Part shown: positions 51,004 to 61,946 of the stretch, one piece after another
Numbering within the stretch: the first letter of the stretch is position 1
How the letters are laid out: each line of letters begins with the position of its first letter
DNA from: Fistulifera solaris
Lineage: Eukaryota
Reading direction: 5' to 3'
Assembly (NCBI GenBank): GCA_030295235.1
Contig: AP026162.1
Coordinates: 2,418,001-2,482,000, forward strand
Length of the DNA: 64,000 nucleotides
The notes under the pieces: generated by a model
Seen by the model: the letters and a program-made list of their open reading frames with translations, nothing else
What the model was told of the DNA's origin: nothing
Database searches by the model: none
Made by a program: the position numbers and the translations under genes

Positions 51004-52748
51004 TATTGGTTATACGTGTTGGTAGTTGAATATCATATGCTATCCAATTTCACTATTTTTGCGATACCATAACTTTTCGAAAACATGTCGGATTGCTTTC
51101 GTTTTTCAATATAATAAAACAATTTATTGAGCTTGATTTATATAACAAAGAATAGGCTCGATACGACGTCGGTGTCAAAAGTTGAGGTGCCCCGAAAGGG
51201 ATAGCATATGGGATAGCATATTAGCTAAAACTTGCGTTGAAAGTGACATAAAGCAAGAATGTAAAGGCTATAAGGACAGGAAACTCTCTGTCTAAGCCTG
51301 TTGGGTGCAAAGGCAAACCTGGGCTATTCACGGGACAGGAAATCGTGGCTTTCGTATCAAAGAAACGATTCAATTTCAAATGCTATCAAATTTCCTAGGT
51401 CGTGGCTCTTGAGACGAGTTAACTCCTGTCCATATCGCTCGCCAATTCTGTTCTTACTACTAATGAACTTATGAAATACGCAGTCCTTGCTTGGGGAAGA
51501 ATGTTAACGGCACAATTCCGCTCTCATCTACTATTAATCGGTTTTTCCGAGTGAAGGCTACTTTGACTTCATGCGCTTGGCGCCATCACACTGCTTTTAA
51601 GGCCATAGATTTATTGTTAATGGCTAAAATGCTTTTTTAGTAATACATCATGTACTTCCGACGAAAAAGCGCGACATTCATACTCGAAAAGCTGCGCGAC
51701 GTGCCGCTGAATATTGCTACTTCAGTTTAAGCCGACTCTCATGTTGCTACCACCTCTTTTCCTCCAAATTATTCTATGAGTTAGTTTAACCGTGTTTAAA
51801 CGGTTTGAATGTGCAAACGAACCACGGCAATTGTTTCTTCTTAAAAGCGCTGGATGAGGAAATGAGATATTTCACGAGTGCTTCGGTCTCACCTACGAGA
51901 AGTAAATTGCCGACTTCTTTTATCCACAATCACATAGATCTCGCTTACTTTTTGTCGAAGCATAGAGTAACCGTAAGAAAAGCTGATGAGACGGAAGCAG
52001 TTGCGTTGATTCAAGGTGTAAAGGAAGTCAAGACGTTCTTTATAATACGAATTGCGCTGAGCGAGTATCATTTGCGCCGTGTGGACTCGTCTCACCGTCT
52101 TCTGCTTTCATTTTCACAGTCAGATCTTGTATACCGGTTATTCTCATTACAGCAAATGTTGCAATAAACTGTAGGCTTTGACTGTGACACACAAATTCAT
52201 TCTGTTGGCCTTTATGCTGGCGATGCCACGGCGACGTGGTCAAGGCGTCAACGCTGCTATCGCTCAGCGACTGTAACAATTATTTATTTGTTTTCGTGTG
52301 ATATGAAAGAATTCAGAGTCTTCCTGTGATCAAAGGGACACGCTGCTGCTCAGAACCGTCGTCTTCATGGCCGCAAGGTGCTATTTTGACGCTCGTCGGC
52401 TCACGTGTGCTTTCGGTCATTTTCAGATTTTTGCGATAAAATCACGTTTTATCGAAACCGGATAGACAACTAGTCAGAGATAAAATGTACTTTGGGTACC
52501 GGATTCAGATGTGAAAATTTTCAACAAAACGTGCGGACGAAACTTCCTCCAGGTCGCGAGCAGGTCATTTTCAACGTTGACCTGGGGGTATACGATTGTT
52601 CTTATGGATCAAAACAAGCTTCTAGTTCTTTGTTTAGCACCAACGGACTTAAATTGAACAGAATACGAGTTGCGCAAAAATGTACTTTTGGATAGCATTT
52701 TAGGTAGCATATTAGGGTTCAAAATGCTATCAACACGTATAACCACTA
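51004..52748. mobile_element. 1.7-kb hAT-like non-autonomous TIR element
   Basis: TA(T/G)TGGTTATACGTGTTG inverted match 17/18 (51004-51021 vs 52731-52748); repeated subterminal GATAGCAT/ATGCTATC motifs. Confidence 0.65.
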
Positions 52749-53259
52749 TGTATAATTTCCGTTGAACATGTGTATTAGCGATGATGAATGCGCGTATGAA
52801 ATCAATGGGCTTGAACATAAGCGGTACTCAATTGTACATACTAAACATACTATTGTGTCTTACGACACCAATACTATCCCCAAGAGAGTACTTTAACATT
52901 CTTCCAGCAATAAACGCAGTCGATAGGAGATTTCCGGAGATAAAGTCGCATCGGCAATCGTCTGGGCTAACTCCACCCAATTCAACAATTTTGGTAACAA
53001 AAACAATTTGAGATTATATCTTAAGTCCATCCAAGTAGTTGGGATTTACTGCTGCCGATAAAAGCACTAGAACCGATTCAGACTGGTGTCACGAATAGTA
53101 GAGGCTTAAGATTCTTGTGCATTTTCCCACTGGCGCTGCTGATTTGTAACTATAACGGTCGGTCTACCCAGAGCAGTTGGGCAGTCAACATCCATTTTAC
53201 TAATTCATTACTGCGTTGTCTTTTTGAATGATTAAGACCGGTGGATCGATTTGGGATAG

Positions 53260-54740
53260 CTAAAATGAATACTGCATCAGCTCGCATAGAGCTTCAGTAT
53301 GATTCGCCATCAAGAATGCAGACCGGCGAAAGTCGTGACTAGCGCATTGGGTCAAAATCTCTCCCACCAGTGACGGTAACAACTCCATCGATTCTTCCAA
53401 GAGATCCTGGCAATCCCCAAAGAAGTCATTGAAGGCATAGAGCCGGTCTATTTCGTCGTCGTCTGTAAATGTGTACCAATTGTAGTCGATCACTTGAATA
53501 TTTCTGTTCGTCTTTAGTAGCTCTTTCAACATGTTGTACTGGGGGTCGGTCTCAGCAGGATATGCATCTAATCTGAGGAACTCCAATCCTTCGTGACGCG
53601 CCACTGCCGCGAATATGTCCTGGAGATACGGAGTAACTTGACCATGTGGTTGATAAAGGGCCAGTTCCTGCAGATTTTGGTTCGCGTCAATTGCATCGAT
53701 CAGCGCGGTAACAACCCGACTGGGAACACTGGAGTCGCTCTCATAGCACAAATCGAAATCGAGTTTCACAAAATCTCCCAATTCGGCAAGGCGACGGAAA
53801 AACGAGCAAACACAATCTGTATGAGCCTCCGAATCATATTCGACTTTGAATGCAATAGTCAATTCTTTGGGCACAATGTTCATTCTGGACCAATCTAGAC
53901 CCTGTGCCGCGTCAACTTCGATCGTCAAGTCGACTTCGGCTACCAAAGCGGAAAAAATCAGATGTATCTGCTGCTGTGGTCCAACATATGGTAATACAAG
54001 CTTGTCAATAGCTTCCGCTTGTAAAAGGAGACGGAAATTTTCATTTTGTGTGTAATCCTTGGCAAACAATACCAAAGCCCCAAACGATGATTTCCTTTCT
54101 CGAAGACAATGAACAAAAGTGTCACCACCGTCAGCAAAAGCCTCGGCGGATAGATCTAAAATCAAGTCTATTCTATCCGGATATTCAGCTAGAAATCGCG
54201 ATTGAGCCAAGCTAATGTTGGTTACATCCAACTTGATACGCACATTCGGGTGTGTTTGGAAAAGACCGTTCAGCTGGTCGAGTGAAACGACACTAAAGTT
54301 AAAACGACGAGTGGAGCAACAAATTTCGATGCGCCACGACTCATCTTGTAAGCTCCACAAAAGGCAGCCGTCTCTGCTACAGCGACATCGGATTTGCCAA
54401 CAATTGTGCAGTTCACGTGGTTGTACATGAGGAAAAGACATCGGTCATCGTCGGCGAGGGTAACCAATCCTCCCGGATTCTTTGCGTCGACGGCTTCGAA
54501 TGAAACAGCATCCGACCCTATTTCCTGTAGAGGACCCACAAGTATACGTGTATCATTCGTTTCCTGTAAGATAGAAAAGATAGAGTGACATTCTACCAAC
54601 TCTTCTAGACTCTCTGGAGCTCGGAGGAATTTGTAGGTCGGCCAGTAATCACCATCTTTGTAGCAAATCCTCTGATGCTGATGGCGCTTTAATTGAGACG
54701 CCGGAATAAGCTTTAGCAGCTGAGCGTTTGGAGATGACAT
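53260..54740 (-). CDS. Expanded family, copy O (subfamily I), one frameshift near 54360
   Basis: LLKLIPASQL, WPTYKFLRAP, IVGKSDVAVAETAAF, EYPDRIDLILDLSAEAFADGGDTFV (close to copy B), RSAFLMANHTEALCEL. Confidence 0.87.
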
Positions 54741-55609
54741 ATCGGTTCAATTGTCAAAACTTTGAATGCAAACGGCATAATGCGCGCGGCAGTAAATTAT
54801 TATTCGTTTTCGTCGCAAAAAATAATACAGTCACACCGTTTCCACACTACAACAACGCACAAAGCACAAACAAACACCCGTTTCATGTAAACAATAAACA
54901 ATAAACCGCACATGGGGAAAACGCGTAAAAAATGAGAAACAGTCGAATTATGAATTTTTATTGCGTTTTTAGGAAATTACGAAACTTCCATTGAGAAAGC
55001 GGCTTCGAATCTGAAAAACGCCGAAAAACGATCAACCCCCAAGGAATGAATCGCAGGTCGAGCAGGGTTCGTGATATTTGCGAACCAGCTAATAAGGTAC
55101 GGTACTGTACCGGTACCGTACCTCAGTTACAAGTAAAAGGTGGGGGCTTAGTCTATAGCAAGCTGAAAAACCGAGAGACTTAGCCTTTTAGGCCATCTCA
55201 CATAACTTCTTGAAACCAAGACACAGATCTGTAGATTCAAGCAGCAGGCTTGCACTGACATTTCAACCTCCGCCTTGGCGCACCAGGTCGGCTGTAGCAG
55301 CAACGGCAGTTGAAAGATCATATTCTCCCGTTAAATACTGCACTTCGAACAGGTGCTTCAGGCGATAGGCTGTAAAGGTTCGACCATATAAAGAAGTATC
55401 CATGTTTCTGTGTTCGTAAAAACATCGGTTCATCGCAAACAAAAAAAAAGAAACCTTAATCTATGTGTTAAAATGGGTTTGTCCCTTTCAAGCTGTGAAT
55501 GGAAGATCACGCCGTTTTCAACCCGAATGATTCTGGCGGCGAACGACCCAAACCAGAATTAGCTCCCGATGACGCCACAACAGTAAGCCGTGAAAGATCG
55601 ACTCTTATC

Positions 55610-56203
55610 TCATTTCGCATGCACTCGGATCAGTGCTTTTTGTCCTTCAATTTGGGGTGGATGCATCAATTCCGCGCTCGGCGGCAATTGCTGTAACACC
55701 GTATCTAACAACAGTAGAGGCATTTTCAAGACACAAATATGTCCCTTTTCCAGAAATTTTGTCACTTGCTGTAATTTGCGTTCCAAATCATGGTCCGCAA
55801 TCTTGGGCTGGAGATGAATTTCTTTGATCGTTTTGCGTTTCGGAGCGGAACTTTCTTTTTCTTGTTTGTACAAGAAGGATTTCCAATTCTCCATACGGAC
55901 GACAGGAATCTCTTGTTGCAAGGAAATGCCAATCAAATCCAGTTTCTGTTGGACCGACAATTGTACGGCTTGTGGTAACGACAACAATTGTGTGGAGTTG
56001 GGATGTTGTAATAGACGCACTTGTATCTCTTGCGGCGGTAGATTGCGGGCTCGTTTTCGTATGGCTTGCACGAGTGCTTCATTGACGAGATATTGTTTTT
56101 GGTTACTGCTTTTCGTGGCCAAGGTGGCTGCTGGATAACCAAGTCTTGGTAGTATTCTGCTGCTAGATGATGAACATTGGGCGGCTCTTGCTAGCAAATT
56201 CAT
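55610..56203 (-). CDS. Organellar (probably mitochondrial) translation initiation factor IF-3
   Basis: VNE...VRLL...LDLIGIS...PVVRM (IF3-N) and KEIHLQPKIADHDLERKLQQVTKFLEKGH (IF3-C); presequence-like N-terminus. Confidence 0.85.
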   Translation of the reverse strand: MNLLARAAQCSSSSSRILPRLGYPAATLATKSSNQKQYLVNEALVQAIRKRARNLPPQEIQVRLLQHPNSTQLLSLPQAVQLSVQQKLDLIGISLQQEIPVVRMENWKSFLYKQEKESSAPKRKTIKEIHLQPKIADHDLERKLQQVTKFLEKGHICVLKMPLLLLDTVLQQLPPSAELMHPPQIEGQKALIRVHAK

Positions 56204-56799
56204 GTTTTAAGGCTTTCGAGGGAAGGGTATAACCACTGAGTGTTATGAATTTGCGTGTTTTTGGAATGTCAGCGGAATGAATAATACCCATCCTCAATGT
56301 TTCGTTTTTTCGTCAGTTTGGCTTTTTGTGATTGTCGTCATCCCCATCATCCGCGAACCGCGAACGGAAAAAGGAAACGAAGGGCGAAGTAAGAGCGCGA
56401 AGAGGCGCAAACAAAAAGTGCGACTGACAGATGTTGAATAACCAGTCACGCACGTGTCTACAATAAACGGAAAGACATGTGCACTACATATTACATGATA
56501 CTGAAAACGAGAAGCGAACAGCAATCTACCTAATCCCGAATCCTCGTTATTCAAAGAACTAACAGCTGCCGAAGGAACCTAAACTATTACTGACAAAGAA
56601 CAATGCCAGCAGCTTCTGCATATTCTACATGAATCAAATGAGAACAATGAAGAGACAAACAAGAATTCAAATCAATAGGATAACTTCATTTACTAGCTCA
56701 TAATTTTAACAAGCAATCCGTTTGCAGCAATCCGTTTGCACCAAGTTAATTTTGTCAAGCCCAATCCATAGACGGCTCCGGCACCTGTGGATTTCAAGA

Positions 56800-56815
56800 C
56801 GCTTCCTCTGCGCCA
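56800..56815 (+). other. Putative primer-binding site complementary to the 5'/D-arm region of initiator tRNA-Met
   Basis: CGCTTCCTCTGCGCCA directly follows the LTR. Its reverse complement TGGCGCAGAGGAAGCG matches the eukaryotic tRNA-iMet segment TGGCGCAGNGGAAGCG. Confidence 0.75.
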
Positions 56816-57771
56816 AGTGACCATAAAGCTCCGCACTTTATAACAACTACTTCGTTCGACGAAATGGCTGACGCTAACGCGAACAACGCCAACCAAAACC
56901 TCGCTGCTCCCGTAGCAGTAGCCTTTGCTCTAAGCCCGGCTTGAGCACCCACCATGTCATCGACTTCTCTACTCGCGAAGGATCTCGCCTCTACGAAATG
57001 GCGACCAAGCAGATTGGAGATGAACGATTCGACTGCGATCCCGGTCGCATGCGCTCCTTCATCGAAGGACTTAGCATCCGTGCTAGCAACTTTGGTTGGG
57101 GGCCGATCTTCAACATCCCCCGACGATATCGAAGCCATCGAGCCTGTCCAGAACACCACCAACCTCCTCTCCAACTACGGAGACATTACTTTGGAGCACA
57201 TTCAAGCTCACGCACGCACATACATCGGTACCCAGACCCGTGCAGCTTAAGACTCCTACATGGCAGCCAACTGCCTCATTTCCTCTCTAAGCCCAGCCGC
57301 CATCGATCGCATCACGATCTGGCGGGACCAGTACACCTTTGATGGTATCCCCAGCGGGCCTTGCCTGTTCAAAGTCATCATCCGTGAGACTTACATTGAC
57401 ACAAATGCAACGGTCACGCACATTCGCACGCAGCTCTCCAGTTTGGACCAGTACTTACCTAAGATTCAGCACAACATCACCAAGATGAACCAGCAAGTTA
57501 AACAGCTATTGGAAGGCTTGGCAGCGCGAGGGAGAAACCACAAACGATCTTCTTGCGAATCTCTTTAAGGGTTACAAGGCAGCCTCCGATCGCACCTTTG
57601 TCAACTACATCCTGAAGAAAGAAGAAGATTACCACGAAGGTCTTCCGATGACACCGGATCACCTCATGAACCTAGCAGATAACAAGTACAAGACCTTGGT
57701 ACAACTTTCTCTGTGGAACGCGCCTTCGCCGGAAGAAGAAAAGATTCTCGCATTGGAGGCAAAACTCCAAA

Positions 57772-59587
57772 AGATTCGTAAGCAAAAAGTTCCCCTTTGA
57801 TGTCGGCCGATGATTGACTGAGTTCACTAGCGAACATTGCGATCATGATCTCTATTAATCGAGTAACGGGACGTCGTTGGCGAGTGCTGCGTCTCTCCCT
57901 CTGAGATTGTGGTGGCGATGGAGAGGAAAGTGGTTCAGGTTGACGATCGGTGGACGGAACATTGTCATCAGGTGGTGCGGCGGTCGGCAGCGGCATCGGT
58001 AACGGAGAGAGGTCGGCGGGTGTAGTAGTAGGTGTATCCGACAATGTAGGCGTGGATTGTTGAGGATTTGCGCTTGGAGCGGCAATAAAACCGGCTTTGA
58101 GTTGCCACAAACATGTTTTCGCAAGGTCCGGAACAGTTTGGAATTTCGAATCAAATTTGACGTGAAACTGGGGACTGACGAGTCCTGTGTCTGGGTTCAG
58201 TACCAGGGCGACAGAACGGCTGTGTACTGGAGAACGTCCCAAATAAATTCCGAGATGTGAGCGCAGACGCCATTTGTGAAATATCCGACTTTTTCCTCCT
58301 TGAAGCGCGGCGTCAAGAACAAATACTGGGCAACCGAATGGTTTCCAATGAATTGGATTCGAATGAATATCCGTGTTGGCGAAGAGTTGATAAGGAGTAC
58401 GGCGCTCAGGGTGCTTCATGTTTGGCATGTGGTTGATGGAATCGTTTGCCATGCGCAAAGCATAAGGCCACAGGTGAGTTGTGATGGCTTGCGGCCACTT
58501 GTGTTGTGCATCGATCAGCATCGCTCGAGTGAGTTCTTGCAATTGTCCTATGCGGCGTTCAGCTTTGCCATTTTGATGATGTGCTCCAACTCCTGCAAAG
58601 GAAAGTCCCTGACCGTTTGTTACGCAATCGTTGACCCAAGTGTTTGAATTGAAAATTCCATTGTCGGCATGATAGTGTTTGATCTTTTCGACTCCACAAT
58701 TTCGAGTGTATTGTTCAAAAGCGTGTTTTGCTTCCAAGGTCTCACTCGCACTTTGTGTCTTTTGCAGGTGAACATAACTCAAGCTGGAATAAAGGTCGGC
58801 GAAGACGGTGGGCGCATACAAATAGCGTTTTGTCGTCAAGATTCCTGTGAGCTGCGCAATGAGGCCAGGCGTGGGTGATACCATTTGATCCACAGCAACA
58901 ACTTCGCCGGGGTGAGTAGGCTTGTGAAGGGTTTTGCTTTGTTTAGCTGGTTTCGTTCGCCACTGACGCTTTGTTGCTTTTCCGTAAAAACAGGCGGTGC
59001 ACACCGGTGCCGGACACGTTGCAAGTCGGTGGAATAACTCCTTGCTTCGCCAATTCCTGAAGCTTCTCCATCGGATATTTCACAAATGGCGTCTGCGCTC
59101 ACATCTCGGAATTTATTTGGGACGTTCTCCAGTACACAGCCGTTCTGTCGCCCTGGTACTGAACCCAGACACAGGACTCGTCAGTCCCCAGTTTCACGTC
59201 AAATTTGATTCGAAATTCCAAACTGTTCCGGACCTTGCGAAAACATGTTTGTGGCAACTCAAAGCCGGTTTTATTGCCGCTCCAAGCGCAAATCCTCAAC
59301 AATCCACGCCTACATTGTCGGATACACCTACTACTACACCCGCCGACCTCTCTCCGTTACCGATGCCGCTGCCGACCGCCGCACCACCTGATGACAATGT
59401 TCCGTCCACCGATCGTCAACCTGAACCACTTTCCTCTCCATCGCCACCACAATCTCAGAGGGAGAGACGCAGCACTCGCCAACGACGTCCCGTTACTCGA
59501 TTAATAGAGATCATGATCGCAATGTTCGCTAGTGAACTCAGTCAATCATCGGCCGACATCAAAGGGGAACTTTTTGCTTACGAATCT
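57772..59587. repeat. 517-bp inverted repeat (57772-58288 and 59071-59587) with a 782-bp spacer
   Basis: Identical translations appear on opposite strands in three frames; the junctions were read directly from the sequence. Confidence 0.95.
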
Positions 59588-61946
59588 CTTCAAACCGCCT
59601 CAGCAAAACTCAATCCACCGGATCCATTCTATGTTTTCAAAACGAGCGCCGACCCCGATTCAATGTATTTGCATCAAGCTCGCAAACAACCCGATTGGCC
59701 GGAGTTTTCCAAAGGCATGGACGCCCGAGATCGAGGATCAAATGGCAAATGGAAATTTCTCATTGTTTCCAAGGAGTCAAGTTCCAGAGGGAGCAACGAT
59801 TCTACCAACAGTATGGCAACTTCGTCGCAAACGAGACATTATGACACGCCCGAAGTCAAGAAGTGGAAAGCGACTGACTATTGATGGGTCACGGATGAAA
59901 TATGGTCGCGACTATGAATTGACCTACTCTCCGGTTGCTAATTGGACTTCAATCCGCTTGTTACTAGCAATGGTGATCATACATGGTTGGCATACTGAAG
60001 CAACTTCCGATTATGTTCAGGCATTTCCTCAGAGCCGTAGCGACAAAGAAATTTATCTGTCCATTCCGAAAGGATATACAATACACGGAGCATCCCCGGA
60101 CGATTATGTTCTGAAAGTCCACAAGAATGTTTATGGAGCAAAGGATGCAAGTCGAACATGGTTCCTTTATTTGCGAAAGAAACTATTTGAGATCGGTTTC
60201 AAGCAATCGGAATACGACGAATGTGTGTTTTACTACAAGAGCACGATGTATGTTCTATATACCGGCGACAGTATTCTTGGAGGTCCTAATGAAAAGGAAA
60301 TTGAGGAAATTATTGAAAAGATGAAACAGATCAAACTAGACATTACAGTTGAGGGAGATTTATCGGATTTTCTGGGAGTTAATATCAACAGGATCGGTGA
60401 ATCAACAATTGAATTGAAACAGCCACATCTCATCGACTCGATAATCAAAGACATGAAATTCGACCAGAAGGAAGTTAAAACAAAGGATATTCCAATGGCA
60501 TCATCGAAGCTACTTTCGCAGCATCCCAAATCGCCGCCATTTGACAAAAGTTTTCATTACACTTCAGTCATCGGAAAAATGAACTACCTGACGCGAGGAT
60601 CCAGGCCAGACATCGCCTATGCGGTACATCAATCGCACGCTTTGCATCAAACCCAAGGAAAGAACATGGAGATGCAATGAGATGGCTTACAAAGTATCTG
60701 ATAGGGACAAGGGACAAAGGAATGATTCTGCACCCAGACGTCTCTAGAAGCTTGGAAGTTCATGTCGACGCCCGATTTCGCAGGCAATTGGGATCCAGAG
60801 ATCGCTTTTGAGGACCGAAACACAGCTCGCTCCAGACACGGATTTTTCATCACCTATGCCGGAGTATTGTTGCATCACAAGAGTCAACTTCAGACAGAAA
60901 TTGCATTGAGTTCCACCGAGCGAATTCACCGGATTGAGCTACGCACTCAGAGATGCAATTCCTATCATGAACACTTTGAAGGAGATGCAATCACTCGGAT
61001 TTGATGTGAAAGAGTGGAGGCCAAAAGTCCATTGCAAAGTATTTGAGGACAACTCGGGAGCTCTGGAAATCGCAAAAGTTCCGAAGGCTCGACCAAGGAC
61101 GAAGCATTTGAATGTCAAACTGCACCATTTTCGGTCATACGTTGACAGCGGAGATATAACAATCCACAAAATCGATACTCTCGAACAAGTTGCGGATATT
61201 CTAACGAAACCACTCACATTTGATCTCTTTGCCAAACATCGGAAGGCAATTCTCGGATGGTGAGATCGCAGTTCGAGAGGGAGTGTTGAATAACCAGTCA
61301 CGCACGTGTCTACAATAAACGGAAAGACATGTGCACTACATATTACATGATACTGAAAACGAGAAGCGAACAGCAATCTACCTAATCCCGAATCCTCGTT
61401 ATTCAAAGAACTAACAGCTGCCGAAGGAACCTAAACTATTACTGACAAAGAACAATGCCAGCAGCTTCTGCATATTCTACATGAATCAAATGAGAACAAT
61501 GAAGAGACAAACAAGAATTCAAATCAATAGGATAACTTCATTTACTAGCTCATAATTTTAACAAGCAATCCGTTTGCAGCAATCCGTTTGCACCAAGTTA
61601 ATTTTGTCAAGCCCAATCCATAGACGGCTCCGGCACCTGTGGATTTCAAGAGACAGACACTTAAGGTTTTCACTATGGTGATAAAAGTCGGTGAGTTACT
61701 CGTTTCGTACATTTGGGTTGGTACACAAACGAGACCGCAGCGTGATGATGTTTATTATGCTGCGATGGGTCATTTTCGCCTTTTGCGGCCCTGCAAATAA
61801 TACTCCGTACCGAAAAAAAAGAGAAACGATAATAGAGAGCAAAGGCTTTTACTTTCCTATCGTTTCTTAACATAAAAGAAAAACCGACTTGCCTGGCGTA
61901 ACGATTGAAGAGTAGTAGTGTCTATCGCCGGAAAGAATCAAGCAGA

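Larger units (their letters stand above)
50304..52905. mobile_element. Fold-back/MULE-like non-autonomous element with long TIRs, hosting two nested elements
   Basis: 50304-50353 vs 52856-52905 match 45/50 as inverted repeats. A further block TTTCATACGCGCATT (~50398-50412) pairs with ~52787-52801. No TSD found. Confidence 0.75.
56432..61651 (+). mobile_element. Young but defective Ty1/copia LTR retrotransposon with an internal inversion/duplication
   Basis: 368-bp LTRs at 56432-56799 and 61284-61651 (no differences seen); TSD GACAGA at 56426-56431 and 61652-61657; PPT GAGAGGGAG at 61275-61283. Gag from 56864, integrase inverted, RT/RH (TYSPV, FEDNSGA, QVADILTK) ending at 61263. Confidence 0.96.

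Noticed and set aside
1970..54441. Programmed frameshift or conserved intron near the AETAxFLW region of the family, where several copies break
   Set aside because: Break positions and sequences differ between copies, no shared slippery site or GT-AG pair was seen, and copies C and J read through in a single frame.
56800..56815. tRNA gene
   Set aside because: Only a 16-nt antisense match to tRNA-iMet, with no cloverleaf. The same applies to 43191-43204.
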